A stretch of 63,520 nucleotides of DNA, the filler included, from an uncultured bacterium (lineage in GTDB: Bacteria; B130-G9): assembly GCA_965372715.1 (NCBI GenBank). It is 14 parts of 14 records of this genome, joined end to end, with 100 filler letters (N's around TTAATTAATTAA, not from the genome) between each part and the next. Parts side by side here need not be neighbours in the genome. Positions count along the whole stretch, not along the records: positions 7,779 to 14,698 come from CBDVDH010000090.1; positions 14,799 to 21,297 come from CBDVDH010000091.1; positions 21,398 to 27,752 come from CBDVDH010000092.1; 11 more parts are not named here. One strand, given 5' to 3'. Of this stretch, positions 10,604-21,888 are shown in pieces (positions within the stretch are counted from its first letter, which is position 1; the number at the start of each line of letters is the position of its first letter). The position numbers and the translations under genes are program-made. The notes under the pieces were generated by a model. The model worked only from the letters and a program-made list of their open reading frames with translations. It searched no databases and was not told the DNA's origin.

Positions 10604-11689
10604 CTAGACCCTGGTGTAGGTTTTGGCCTTTTCCTCTCCATCGAGAACCCGCGCCGCGCCCCGCGCCAACGACTCCAGCTCCTCCTCGCCCGGATGCACG
10701 TAGATGGGACCCAGGAACTTCACCCTCTGCGATATGCGATCGACCAAAACCTTCGATTGAGCGGCGCCGCCGCCCAACAGAATCCCGTCGATCTCGCCTG
10801 AGAGGGCGCACGCTGCCGCGCCGATCGCCTTCGCAATCTGAAACGCCATCGCGGAGAAAACGAGGTCCGCCTTCTTGTCGCCGTCCGCAATCATCTGCTC
10901 GATCATTTGGAGGTCGTTGGTCTTGAGATAGCTATAGAGGCCGCCCTCCTTGACCAGCTTGTGCTTCATCTTCTCCGCCGACTCGAACTCGCCTGAAAAG
11001 CAGAGGTCAATCAGTTGGCGAACGGGCAGCGTGCCAACTCTCTCTGGGCTGAAAGGACCCTCGCCCAACAGAGCGTTGTTCATATCGACGATCTCGCCGC
11101 CCTTGAGCGAGACGACCGATATACCGCCGCCGAGATGGCAGACGACGAAGCTCGTCTCCTCAATCGGCTTTCCAAGCAGCCGAGCGCGCTCCCTCGCCAC
11201 CGCCTTGATGTTCAATGCGTGAATGGTTGATACGCGCTCAATCGGCGCATATCCAGATATCCGGGCCACGTCCCAGAGCTCATCCGTCATTACCGAGTCG
11301 ACGATGAAGGCGGGAACCTCTAGCTTGTCGGCGATACCCTTGGCAATCGGCGCGCCGAGGTTTGAGGGATGATCGCCGTATCTGGACACCTTGAGGTCCT
11401 CCAGCATGTCGTCGTTCACGAGATAGGTTCCGCCCAGCAGCGGGTGCAATAGACCACCCCGACCGACCACCCCGCGCGTACGGCTCTGCCAGCCCTCAAA
11501 CTTGTCAAGAACATTCGTTATCGTGTCCATTCGCCATTCGAACTGCTCGAAGACAATCCGGGACGCCGCCACTAAGTCCCTGTCATGCGGAACGGTCTCG
11601 CGAAGAACGAAGCCCTGCTCGCCGAACAGCGCCACCTTCGTTGACGTGGAACCGGGATTCACCACTACGATCAGGTCTCTATCAGCCAT
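10604..11689 (-). CDS. buk: Butyrate kinase
   Basis: VNPGSTSTK, GRGGLL, HPSNLG, HLGGGISV, GPFSPER, PGEEE. Confidence 0.95.
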   Translation of the reverse strand: MADRDLIVVVNPGSTSTKVALFGEQGFVLRETVPHDRDLVAASRIVFEQFEWRMDTITNVLDKFEGWQSRTRGVVGRGGLLHPLLGGTYLVNDDMLEDLKVSRYGDHPSNLGAPIAKGIADKLEVPAFIVDSVMTDELWDVARISGYAPIERVSTIHALNIKAVARERARLLGKPIEETSFVVCHLGGGISVVSLKGGEIVDMNNALLGEGPFSPERVGTLPVRQLIDLCFSGEFESAEKMKHKLVKEGGLYSYLKTNDLQMIEQMIADGDKKADLVFSAMAFQIAKAIGAAACALSGEIDGILLGGGAAQSKVLVDRISQRVKFLGPIYVHPGEEELESLARGAARVLDGEEKAKTYTRV

Positions 11690-11835
11690 CTACACCTCAA
11701 TCCAAGTCCGGTTGAAAGACAAGTTTAGCCCAACATCCGGATTATCCCGAAACTCGCCCCGGCTTTCAAGCTGCAAAGGAGCAGTTTCCGCTGTGCGGAA
11801 ACGGGAAAAAAGGAAAAAGGGGGACAACCGGTAAC

Positions 11836-13167
11836 TTACCTGCCGCAAGGGTCTATCACGACGTCGGCTCCATGGGTCTCTATGTCGATGTGGAAGCCGC
11901 CGCTGAGGTGCACCCCCTTTGCCAAAATGCTCTTTCCGCCAAGAACACCGCCTTCCTCCTCCTCGGTCTGCCTCAGTGGGAAGAAGCAGTTGATCTTGCC
12001 CCCCGACCAGCTCAGCCAACCCATCCTGACACGAATGGCCACATCCACGGGCAGCTTCTCGGGGATAGTCACGGTCACGCCGCCGCCGCCGGAACTCAAC
12101 CTGAAGTGCCCACGGGCCTCCAGGCTCAGCCCACACGCCTCGACGTCAATCTCGCCGCCGCCAGTCTTGGCATCAACCGAGCCCAAGACGCCTGACATAC
12201 TGATATCGCCGCCACCGGTCCTGGCATCGATGCCTCGCGCCTCGTTGATCCTGATGTTCCCTCCGCCGGTCTTGACGCTGAGTTTGCCCTTCACCTGGGA
12301 AACCTCGACGTTGCCGCCGCCGGTTAATAGAGTAACATCACCGCCCAAGTCCTCGGCGTCAATATCACCTCCCCCAGTCTTCGCCTCAACGCCGCTGCCA
12401 CAGTCCGTGAGCTTGACATCGCCTCCGCCGGTCTTGCACTCGACCTTGCCCGAGCAGGTCTGGACGCTCACATCGCCGCCGCCCGTCCTGACCGTCAGAG
12501 TTCCTCGCAGTCGCCTGACCTCGATGTCCCCGCCACCCGTCGTGAGCAGAACGTCACCATGACAGTCCTCGACATCAAGATCGCCACCGCCGGACTTGGC
12601 GGTCAGCCCGCCTCGCAGCCGCTTCACCTGGACGTCGCCGCCTCCAGTTGTCAGTTGAACGTTGCCGTGACAGTCCTCGACTTCGAGGTCCCCACCCCCT
12701 GACTTCGCTTTGACGCCGCCTTCGATGCCGTTGATTCGAATGTCACCGCCACCGGTTTCGAGCTCGACGTCACGGCCAGCAGGGACCTTGCAGAAGGTCT
12801 CGACTGAAAGCCTCGTGAAGAGAGAAGCTTTCTGAACCTCGACCTCACCGCAGCCATTGGAGGTGCTCGCCTCAACCGTCAGCTCCTTGAACTGCTCCTT
12901 CGCGTCGTCCAGCTCGTCCTTGCGGCTCTTCTTCACGACGCGAACCTCCATGAAGGGCTTGTCCCAGCGCTTGCAGTGGATGGAGCCCGACGCCGCGTCA
13001 ACATCAAGCCCGTCCAAATCCGCCTCGTCAAACCGAACCGTCGTGACCTCAACGTAGTGGGCACCTTCTTTCTTCACCTCGACATTCGTCGTGAACCCGA
13101 GCACCGGAATTGCCGTCAGGAACATGCCAACAGCCGCTATAAGAGTTAGATAACACTTCACGTTCAT
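11836..13167 (-). CDS. Secreted DUF4097-type beta-strand repeat protein
   Basis: Signal peptide; about 13 repeats of 19 aa with (T/S)GGG(D/N)(I/V). Confidence 0.85.
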   Translation of the reverse strand: MNVKCYLTLIAAVGMFLTAIPVLGFTTNVEVKKEGAHYVEVTTVRFDEADLDGLDVDAASGSIHCKRWDKPFMEVRVVKKSRKDELDDAKEQFKELTVEASTSNGCGEVEVQKASLFTRLSVETFCKVPAGRDVELETGGGDIRINGIEGGVKAKSGGGDLEVEDCHGNVQLTTGGGDVQVKRLRGGLTAKSGGGDLDVEDCHGDVLLTTGGGDIEVRRLRGTLTVRTGGGDVSVQTCSGKVECKTGGGDVKLTDCGSGVEAKTGGGDIDAEDLGGDVTLLTGGGNVEVSQVKGKLSVKTGGGNIRINEARGIDARTGGGDISMSGVLGSVDAKTGGGEIDVEACGLSLEARGHFRLSSGGGGVTVTIPEKLPVDVAIRVRMGWLSWSGGKINCFFPLRQTEEEEGGVLGGKSILAKGVHLSGGFHIDIETHGADVVIDPCGR

Positions 13168-13197
13168 TGACCTAACCTCCGATGATTTATGATATAT

Positions 13198-13299
13198 CTA
13201 TGGATGTCGTCCACTGATATCTCCCGATTCAATGAAGTCATCCTTCCCTTTCTTGAGCATCGCTTTCAGCATGGCTGCCAGAGGATGGTCGTCGCTCAA
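13198..13299 (-). pseudogene. 33-codon ORF coupled to the MNT gene; possible truncated HEPN partner
   Basis: TTG start overlaps the MNT TGA (TTGA); MSDDHPLAAMLKAMLKKGKDD... stops early. Confidence 0.3.
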
Positions 13300-13619
13300 A
13301 GCGGGATCCCCTCTCTTCTCGCGTTAATCAAGAAAGGCTCATAGACATCATTCTTGAATCGCTGTTCCGACACGGCTATCGCAGGGAAAAGCTTGCTGTA
13401 TTCACAGAAACAGTCTCCCGCAACGTCGTCAATGATGTGGTTGACCTCAGGCGTAACCTCATCGACAACAAGCAGGAGATCATAATCCGAGTCCGGGTCG
13501 TTATCGCCCCTGGCCCGAGAACCGTACAGGATGATCCGCTTCAGATGCGGGCCCAGCCGCTCGCGGATCGCCTCCTCGAAAGCGGTCAGCACAGTGTCTT
13601 GCGCGCTAGATTCTCTCAT
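13296..13619 (-). CDS. Minimal nucleotidyltransferase (MNT antitoxin type)
   Basis: ILYGSRARGD..PDSDYDLL motif, 107 aa. Confidence 0.9.
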   Translation of the reverse strand: MRESSAQDTVLTAFEEAIRERLGPHLKRIILYGSRARGDNDPDSDYDLLLVVDEVTPEVNHIIDDVAGDCFCEYSKLFPAIAVSEQRFKNDVYEPFLINARREGIPL

Positions 13620-14410
13620 TGTTTCTTACAACCGTCAGGATTACTGGACTGGTTTGGATCTTCCTCCTGTTGGCCTTTGCTCGAGGCTCCGCTTTCGCCG
13701 ACCTCCGGGTATTTAGGTGCCCTGTCGTTCTGAAGGAGCAAGAAGTTTATCGCGATGTAAAGCACGCGCAGCCGATCAAATCGCTTAAACCGCTCTCTGA
13801 AAACATACATAGCCCCAGCTGACACCGCCATGAGAAGCAAGTACAACACCCCAACCACACATTTGATGGATCCCCCACTGACGCATTCTAGGATGAAGCT
13901 CAAAAAGCCAAACGTAAGCAAAACTGCGAAGGCCAAAAACGAGCCTCGGCAATAATCCATTCTATGAAAGAACATGCCCACTTTCGCCCTGTAATAATCA
14001 CTCTTTTCGAATTGTAGAACGTATTCGTCACATGTTCTTTCAAAAATGTCGTCGTCTTTATCGCCTTTCCTCGTGCGCCAGTCTTTGCCTAGAATCTGGT
14101 CAACTCTCTTCTCCAACTTCTCAATCATAAAACCCGGGACGACCTGTGCGATTTTCTTAGCCCGCATTATCTTCATCTTCTGCGCACAAGAAGTAACCAA
14201 TGTCCCCAGGATGTACGAGATCAACAGAAACATGATAAACATAGGCCAGATAAGCTTGGAATAATCTGGCTCGGTTTTACCTGCAAGCTCTGAAATGAGG
14301 ACGTTAGTTGTCAACTCCGGACACGCACAGAGAAGCATAACTATGGCTAGAGCAGTCACGATGCCAGGAAACAGATACCCAAAAATGTCGTGCAGCGTGA
14401 ATTTGATCAT
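13616..14410 (-). CDS. Membrane protein of unknown function (about 4-5 TM segments)
   Basis: DIFGYLFPG start, hydrophobic segments, lower GC; ATG 14410 behind AAGGAGAGG; ATGA overlap with the MNT gene. Confidence 0.7.
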   Translation of the reverse strand: MIKFTLHDIFGYLFPGIVTALAIVMLLCACPELTTNVLISELAGKTEPDYSKLIWPMFIMFLLISYILGTLVTSCAQKMKIMRAKKIAQVVPGFMIEKLEKRVDQILGKDWRTRKGDKDDDIFERTCDEYVLQFEKSDYYRAKVGMFFHRMDYCRGSFLAFAVLLTFGFLSFILECVSGGSIKCVVGVLYLLLMAVSAGAMYVFRERFKRFDRLRVLYIAINFLLLQNDRAPKYPEVGESGASSKGQQEEDPNQSSNPDGCKKQ

Positions 14411-14607
14411 TTCTTTCCTCTCCTTTTGATTCAAGGAGATTATTGCCGTGGAACCGATGCTTCGTCAAGGGACTTAAGCAAGGAGTCTCCACGATGGTCT
14501 GTCCTGGGTCTTGCACTGGCGCTGGCTGGCTCAACTCAGGTGGCCGTGGCCCATGAGACCTCGGCGATCTGACGGCGAGATACTGACTGCTTGCAGGCGA
14601 TCTCTCA

Positions 14608-14655
14608 ATGCCCTGAAAGGGCATAACGTAGGTAGCCGTAGGTTTCAACCTACGG
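14608..14655. repeat. Double palindromic REP-like element
   Basis: atgccct-gaa-agggcat followed by ccgtaggtt-tc-aacctacgg, near a contig end. Confidence 0.55.
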
Positions 14656-14969
14656 ATCGAAACAGAAAGCCAAGAAACCCCTAAGGCGTCGGACAATCNN
14701 NNNNNNNNNNNNNNNNNNNNNNNNNNNNNNNNNNNNNNNNNNTTAATTAATTAANNNNNNNNNNNNNNNNNNNNNNNNNNNNNNNNNNNNNNNNNNNNGG
14801 CCCGGGGGGGGCGGCCCCCCCCCCCCCCCACTTCTCCTCCCCCCCCCTCCCCCGGGGGCGCCCCCCCCCCCGCCCCTACAGAACCTCCCCGCCCTCCAAC
14901 AGCCGCAATGATGTTGTCAGCTTTGATTACGATTCCCGATTTGCGCCTCGCCGGACCCGATAGAGCCCC

Positions 14970-17657
14970 TTATTCTGGCGCGGCGTACAGCTCCACGTCC
15001 TCCTGGTCGGCATCGGCGACGAGGAGCATGGCGTCCGGATTGCCCACGATGCGGGACACGTCGGCAAATGGGACGTCGAGCTTGTAGCCGCCGAAATCGG
15101 GGCCGATGAAGATGACCGTGCGGTGAGGCGCCTGGCCCGACTTGGGATACACGTCTATTGGATAGGGTAGGGCATATCCGCCCGGCGTGATTTGTGCGGA
15201 CAAGGATACCGTGGCGCGCTTCCCCTTCGTCGTCACGTCGGTGACCTCGACCTGCACGCCAGGCAGATCGCCCGTGTGCACGTAGAGCCTGAAGAAATCA
15301 GAGAGGTCATGCCCGATGGCCTTTTCAAAAAGCCTTTTGAGGCCGGCTTCAGTGAGACCCACCTTCTGCGACTCTTGCTGAAATTGCTTGAGCGTGGCGA
15401 AGAAGTGCCGGTCGTTGTTAGTCGCCATCCGGAGCATGTGGTAGATATACGCTCCCTTAATGTGATATAATCTGATCCCTCCACTTGGCGGGCCCATTCT
15501 GAACCCGGCTGAGATCGGCGCCTGAGCTTCAAACTGCCTCGTCCAGGCGGCCATCTGCTTAGATGATTCTACGAGGAGGGGCTTGCGCATGTTGAGGTCC
15601 TCGTTAAACAGCATGTTGAAGTAAACAGCCGTCCCCTCGTGCAGCCAGACGTCGTCATAATCCAACATTGTCGCCGCGTTTCCCCACCATTGATGTGAGA
15701 CTTCGTGGCTGAGCAACCACCACATATAAGTCGCATCCACCATATCGGTCATCGTGAGCATTGTGGGCCAGCTTATGCTGCCAATATCGCCCGGCGTCGC
15801 CTCTACCATTGCGAATCGCTTGTATGGGTACTTGCCGCAGTATTTCTCGGCCCAAGGGACGACAAGGCTAAAGGCGCTAAGCCACTTTTTGCCGACGGCT
15901 TCCCCGGAGCGGGTGAATACGACAAGTTTAGGCTCGAACTCATCTTCAACGAACTTCTCGAATCTCCCAACTATGATAGATGGCATTGTATGGGAGAAGT
16001 CCGTCCTATAGCGCCACACGGTCGTGTCGTTTACGGTTTCAGGCTCCTCGGGATAGCCCTGGGCCACGGCGGTGAAACCGGTGGGAGCAGTTACGCGGAA
16101 ATCCAACGTGCAGGCCGAGTCCGGCTCGGCTCTCAGGCGTGCGAATGGATACCACGTGCAGAAACCGCCGAGTGTGAATCCCTCTTCACAGAAAGAGGCC
16201 CAATAGCCCTCGCGCAGCGTCTCAATCGCGTAAGTGTCATCATAATCAATAGTGTATTCAATGGACGCGTCCGCTTCGCCGCCAGTTACGGCGGTCTTAG
16301 GCGCCGACAGCTCAACGAAGCCCTCGCCAGAAGCGGGTCGATTATCGATTATGATGGCGGAGCTGATTGAGTCATTCAATGCGAGCTTCCCTTGAGTGAA
16401 GGACGTCTCCTCCCCGTTTATCCGGCATCTCTTGACCTTGCAGACAGGATTAAGGAGAAATCGGATATCCTGTCCGGATTTTACGCCGGATACAGAGATC
16501 ATGCAGTTTATCGCCACTCTGAGCTGGTCGGGAAGCCAAGTCACGTCGAAGGCGTAGTGCGTGGGATCCGGAATGGTCCACTTGTGCGAAACGCCGGCCT
16601 TCTCCCAGAAAGAGACTAGCGCGCCAGTCTCGGGGCTTGTCATCACGACCGCCCGGATATCACGTTCGCCAGCGAAACAGAAGCCAAAGGCGCCGGGTTT
16701 CTCCGTCTGAACAGCCAACAACGGATACTCATAGCCCTTATATGGCGCCAAGCCCTCGAAGGCTTCCTCCTCGTTAAATGGATAAGCGGATTTCGCGCAA
16801 CCTCTCAGAAATTCCGCCAGAGGTTCCGAGGCCCGTTTCCCGAGCTTGCGTTTTGAGGCCTTCTCTAGCTCATCTATTTGACGCCCCAGCTTCTTGACCT
16901 GATCTGATTCTCGCGTAGCCTCATTAAATGGGCGGGCAAGGAAGACACGGGACAGCTTAATCGGCTCGTTAGGATTCGAGATGAAATCGAGGAGCATCCT
17001 GCGAGACTCGTCGGATGTTGGCTCGAGTCGGAGTTCGCCCTCGCCATCGAATAGCGCTCCCAACCGATGATCGCCGACATCAATGACATACGCTTGGGAA
17101 GCATGGAACGACATGCGGACGCCGCAAAGACTGAGCGATAGATCCTTCTTCCCGTCTTTAGCCCGAAAGATTCTCGGTCGGAAGTAATCCTCGGTCGATT
17201 CCACCGAGGCGCTGGCGAGCGTCATCGCGTCTTCTTTCCTGGACAGGCCAACCTCCAGCGCGATGCGCCTCACGCCTTCGTCGGACTTGGCGTAAACCTC
17301 CATCAGATGCGGCCAGCTGTCAGCGGTCACGGCAATACATGGGACCCGATGGCATCGAACGGTCGGCGAGGTGGCAAGCTTCTCAGGTAACGCCCGCAGG
17401 ACTTCCGTAAGATCGGCGGTGACGGACACCGACGGTGGTTCACAGAACATGTCTTTGCAGATTCGAGCCACCTCATCCCGTAGCGATTCGGTCAGAGTTT
17501 TTCGTAATGCTCGCTCGTCAACAAGCATGATGCTCTCCTCTTCGTGTGTTGGCGCAAGGGCCTCTCGAGCTGCCATCCCGTTCACGGCGAGAAGCAGCAC
17601 TGTCAAAGCCAAGTATCCCAAACGGTAAGTCAGATGAGCGCCTTGAAGAATCTTCAT
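14970..17657 (-). CDS. Secreted M1-family zinc aminopeptidase with a long N-terminal extension
   Basis: HEVSHQWWG..18 aa..HEG zinc motif, YHIKGA catalytic Tyr region, signal peptide. Confidence 0.85.
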   Translation of the reverse strand: MKILQGAHLTYRLGYLALTVLLLAVNGMAAREALAPTHEEESIMLVDERALRKTLTESLRDEVARICKDMFCEPPSVSVTADLTEVLRALPEKLATSPTVRCHRVPCIAVTADSWPHLMEVYAKSDEGVRRIALEVGLSRKEDAMTLASASVESTEDYFRPRIFRAKDGKKDLSLSLCGVRMSFHASQAYVIDVGDHRLGALFDGEGELRLEPTSDESRRMLLDFISNPNEPIKLSRVFLARPFNEATRESDQVKKLGRQIDELEKASKRKLGKRASEPLAEFLRGCAKSAYPFNEEEAFEGLAPYKGYEYPLLAVQTEKPGAFGFCFAGERDIRAVVMTSPETGALVSFWEKAGVSHKWTIPDPTHYAFDVTWLPDQLRVAINCMISVSGVKSGQDIRFLLNPVCKVKRCRINGEETSFTQGKLALNDSISSAIIIDNRPASGEGFVELSAPKTAVTGGEADASIEYTIDYDDTYAIETLREGYWASFCEEGFTLGGFCTWYPFARLRAEPDSACTLDFRVTAPTGFTAVAQGYPEEPETVNDTTVWRYRTDFSHTMPSIIVGRFEKFVEDEFEPKLVVFTRSGEAVGKKWLSAFSLVVPWAEKYCGKYPYKRFAMVEATPGDIGSISWPTMLTMTDMVDATYMWWLLSHEVSHQWWGNAATMLDYDDVWLHEGTAVYFNMLFNEDLNMRKPLLVESSKQMAAWTRQFEAQAPISAGFRMGPPSGGIRLYHIKGAYIYHMLRMATNNDRHFFATLKQFQQESQKVGLTEAGLKRLFEKAIGHDLSDFFRLYVHTGDLPGVQVEVTDVTTKGKRATVSLSAQITPGGYALPYPIDVYPKSGQAPHRTVIFIGPDFGGYKLDVPFADVSRIVGNPDAMLLVADADQEDVELYAAPE

Positions 17658-17771
17658 AAGCCAAGCCTCCTATCAATGTTCGCTCTGGAAAGACCTGGAA
17701 AGGAGGTTAACCGAGGCAGCCGGCCTATTCAAATCATAGGAGGGCTTCAAGAGAACCGACAGCGAGGCCCC

Positions 17772-17893
<122 letters not shown>

Positions 17894-17903
17894 ATCGAAT
17901 GGA

Positions 17904-20561
17904 CTACCAGTCCAACGGCCACGGTGTATAGACGCTTGCTCCGTCGCGGTGAAGTATCCAGATGTCGCCGTTGGGGGCGCTCTTCAAACGATATATCCAG
18001 TTGGAGATTGGAATCTGCGTCTCGTCGAGGTCTTCCCAATATCCTTCGCCATAGCCGTATAGCGGCCATGTGCAGTAGCGAGCGATGCCCTGATGCAGCA
18101 GGAGGTCGCCGAATTCTCCGTATCTTTTGATGGGGCATTTCGCGACCCAGACAAAACCGGAGTCGTCCGCGAGAATAGGTGGCATAAGGTCATCGTCACG
18201 CCCAGACGGCTCATACCAGACTCCGTCTTCGTTTATGCGACATAGGCCCTTGTCGGTCAAGGCCCAGATGTTGCCATCAATGCCCATGTCGATGGGGATG
18301 TCTAACACCTCCTGTTCGTCCCCGTAGAATCCGCGGCAGAACTCGATGAAATGGCCCCCGCCGGGAAGCTCTCCCTCGTATTCGATCCAGTTCTCGCCAT
18401 CGTACCCGCCAAGGCCAGCAACGAAGTAGTAGTAGTCGTAGATCGGGTCTGACCTGGCTGTCTCGATGAGCCACTTCACCCACACGGTCCCACTTGCCTC
18501 ATCCACCATCCACACGTCGGTCTGCGGCTCGCTTTCACACAGCACCTCGTAATGTGCCTCGACCGCTTCCTTGATCCCATCGAACTTCGTCACGCTCGAG
18601 GCCCCTCCAACGAATACAGGATCACGTGTGCCGGTCCCTGTCGCAGCGTGGAACCACCAGTTGTCAGCCGAATCCCGCGCCATCGAGGTGAACGGATCCC
18701 ACCTAGTATCCGTCTCGAGGAAAAACCTCTCCCACGTCTCCTCATTTCTCAAGTGATACAGGTAAAATCCCTTGGTTGATTCTGTGTCTTGCTCGCCCGG
18801 CTCAGCATAGGCCCACAGGCCAGATGAATCCGCGAATAGAGATTCGGCAAAGCCGCGAGACCAACCCTCGTAGTCCGGGTCCCAGATGGCGATGTCGGAC
18901 ACCGATGACCAGGCGCCTCCGCTCATCTGGGCGATTCTCTGATAGTCAAGGGTGTAACTGCTCTCTGCAAACATGACATAAACATCATTGCCATGGAATG
19001 CGACAGCCTTCGCAGTGAGAGGGCCCACCTGAGGCGCGTTGAGGGGCACTGGCGTCCAATCGAGGCCGTTGAAGCGGTAAACACCTGTCTCTGGATCGCC
19101 CATGAAGATCTCGCCGTCGTCAGATACCGTGAAACAGGGATCTCTCCACGTTTCAGGCGCGTCGAGGCCGCTCCACATCTCGCCGTCCCAACTGTACAAC
19201 CTGTTGCGGTCCAGGTCTTGGAGATGCTCTCTCGGAACCTGAGCATGGACCCGCACCTTGCCGGCGGCCTCAAAGACGCGCATGACGTGAATTTCATCGA
19301 ACTCAGGGACGGATTCCCAAGCATCGTCGCCGTATGTCCACAATCCCGGATGGCGATCAAACAAGCCCAAACGCGTGTTGGCGGGCCAGGACCACATAAC
19401 ACCATCGGACGATATGAATATCTCACTAGAAACGCTATCGGCCAAATATGTCCATTCCCCATCGGAGTACTGCCAGAGCGCCGAATATGAATCCTCCCAT
19501 GATGGCTCTCGAAAAGAGATATGGGCGCATATTCCGCCGCTAGGGATATCGCATATTCCGTAAGCTAGGCTATAGACAGCGTTGTTCGTGGGCAGTTCCA
19601 TCTCCTCAATCTCGCCAGACGGGGATATCCTGATAATCTCACGACTCACTTCCTTCCAGAAGAATCCTGTATACTCATGATAGACAGAATATTGACGATC
19701 GGGGGCAAACGCATAGACCGCGTCGTCCCATTCAGAATAGATGACCCGTGAGAAGCAATTATTTGCTCTATATCCCCAATCGCAATCATCGCCCGGATAT
19801 TTCTCAGGCCAGTATGGAGTCCAAGACGCGCCGTCGAAGCACGAAAAACCTCCCCATTCGGTTACATATCCATGCGAGCCAGTATGGGACTCTCCGAGCG
19901 CGGCCCAGATGTTGCCGCTCCCGTCGAGGCAGAAGTCGTTCACCTCGCTGCTGGCAAGTCCATCGGAGACGCCCCACTTGCGGATCGAGCCTGAGGTCAA
20001 ATCCAGCGCAACCACACCGCCACGCATGGTTCCCATGAAAAGCTCGTCGTCCCTAACCAAGAGCGTGTTGACCGCGCGGTAATCCGCGTAAGTTCTCCAG
20101 CATTCAAAGCCAACGTCCATCCGCCATGTGTCGTGGGCAATGATGTCAGCTGTCCCGGCGTGAGTGATCACAATCGCCCATCTATAGGTTCCTGAAGGCG
20201 CGCTCTCGGGTATTTCAATGGTAAGTAGTGGCCTTACGCCAGTGCTGGCGCCAAGCGGGAGATAGACCCCCGAGGCGAATGGCTCGGCGCTGCCATTCGG
20301 AAAATAGAAGATATCTCCGGAGGGCAGAATAAGCTCAAAATAGACATCAACCGTTACAGCGTCGCCCTCATTCGCGAACGACAATGATACCGTCGTCTCA
20401 TCGCCCCAGCAGAGCCAGTCCGGTGAGGCCCGCAAGTCGAGTCCGATGCTTACGGCCTGCGCGCCAAGCGCCTCATGGCCAAATGCCGGAACCACTGGCG
20501 AGGCGAGGGACAAGATGGTGAAAAGGAATAGGTGGGTCAATAGGAACCATGTATCATTCAT
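17904..20561 (-). CDS. Secreted beta-propeller protein (two-component-regulator propeller-like) with the shared Ig-like module at its N-terminus
   Basis: ATG 20561 behind AAGGGAGGA; signal peptide; ANEG..VTVDVY..LPSG module; DGLASSEV, DGSGNIW, FDGASW, APNGDIW blades. Confidence 0.82.
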   Translation of the reverse strand: MNDTWFLLTHLFLFTILSLASPVVPAFGHEALGAQAVSIGLDLRASPDWLCWGDETTVSLSFANEGDAVTVDVYFELILPSGDIFYFPNGSAEPFASGVYLPLGASTGVRPLLTIEIPESAPSGTYRWAIVITHAGTADIIAHDTWRMDVGFECWRTYADYRAVNTLLVRDDELFMGTMRGGVVALDLTSGSIRKWGVSDGLASSEVNDFCLDGSGNIWAALGESHTGSHGYVTEWGGFSCFDGASWTPYWPEKYPGDDCDWGYRANNCFSRVIYSEWDDAVYAFAPDRQYSVYHEYTGFFWKEVSREIIRISPSGEIEEMELPTNNAVYSLAYGICDIPSGGICAHISFREPSWEDSYSALWQYSDGEWTYLADSVSSEIFISSDGVMWSWPANTRLGLFDRHPGLWTYGDDAWESVPEFDEIHVMRVFEAAGKVRVHAQVPREHLQDLDRNRLYSWDGEMWSGLDAPETWRDPCFTVSDDGEIFMGDPETGVYRFNGLDWTPVPLNAPQVGPLTAKAVAFHGNDVYVMFAESSYTLDYQRIAQMSGGAWSSVSDIAIWDPDYEGWSRGFAESLFADSSGLWAYAEPGEQDTESTKGFYLYHLRNEETWERFFLETDTRWDPFTSMARDSADNWWFHAATGTGTRDPVFVGGASSVTKFDGIKEAVEAHYEVLCESEPQTDVWMVDEASGTVWVKWLIETARSDPIYDYYYFVAGLGGYDGENWIEYEGELPGGGHFIEFCRGFYGDEQEVLDIPIDMGIDGNIWALTDKGLCRINEDGVWYEPSGRDDDLMPPILADDSGFVWVAKCPIKRYGEFGDLLLHQGIARYCTWPLYGYGEGYWEDLDETQIPISNWIYRLKSAPNGDIWILHRDGASVYTPWPLDW

Positions 20562-20701
20562 AATACGTCCTCCCTTTTGAAGATTAGGATGAACAAAACA
20601 AGTAGCTCCATCAATGTAAAACATTACTCGATTCGCAACGAAATACAAGATAGGAGTTACAGCGAGAGGGAGACTTATCATCTGGTTAGGCTTGGAAAAG
20701 C

Positions 20702-20730
20702 AAAAAGCCCGCGCCGGTTGCGCGGGCTTT
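20702..20730 (-). terminator. Intrinsic terminator just downstream of 16S rRNA
   Basis: Minus strand aaagcccgcgc-aaccg-gcgcgggcttttt-gctttt. Confidence 0.8.
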
Positions 20731-20808
20731 CAGACGAGGAGATCAAAATGAGACATTATGAGAATAGGAGCCGCGGATGCAGGCGCGCGTGTTGGATTTG
20801 CCCAAGTC

Positions 20809-21297
<489 letters not shown>

Positions 21298-21430
21298 NNN
21301 NNNNNNNNNNNNNNNNNNNNNNNNNNNNNNNNNNNNNNNNNTTAATTAATTAANNNNNNNNNNNNNNNNNNNNNNNNNNNNNNNNNNNNNNNNNNNNAAA
21401 CATAGCATTTACCAATGCCCGTTTCCCTGC

Positions 21431-21456
21431 TTGTAGGTGATGCGGAGACGTTCGTG
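21431..21456 (+). mobile_element. 3' half of an integron attC site (L' and R' core)
   Basis: ggtgatgcg-gagac-GTTCGTG; the core extends to GTTCGTGGC, complementary to GCCACGAAC at 24692-24700. Confidence 0.65.
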
Positions 21457-21888
21457 GCAAGAGATAAATCAATAAAATCATTGCCGTAGCGGGGTCGCCA
21501 TTGCAAAGGGCGCCGACCCCCGATAGGTTGTCGGTGTTCCCAAGGCAAGACGCTGGCGCTTGGTAGTTCGAGCGGTGCTGCTTCTTTCGGGGCAGTGCAG
21601 AACCAAACCAGGCTCGTCCGCAGAATCTGTGGGTCAGATCGGGCACCAACCGAGTCCCGGCCCCCGTGCTCTGTCGCAGGGGTCTCGCGTAGAAGGCTCG
21701 ATGACGGGAACGATGGGCTGATGGGACATCTACAGACCTCGTCGCGTCGGCCTTCAGTACGGTTTTCAAAACGGAACTCACTTTCGCAGAGGCAAGGGAG
21801 AACAAATACTGCTGGCATATCAGGCACTTCCACGTACGCGCCAGCAGTAGTTACCCTCAGATTCTGCGGACGAGCCGAAAGTTGTTTC

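Noticed and set aside
14799-14880. Poly-G/poly-C tract as a G-quadruplex or phase-variation site
   Set aside because: At a contig edge and ending in a REP tail; probably low-quality sequence
17697-17730. Third degenerate copy of the 16S 3' end (gaaaggaggttaacc)
   Set aside because: Only about 10 bp match; can arise by chance
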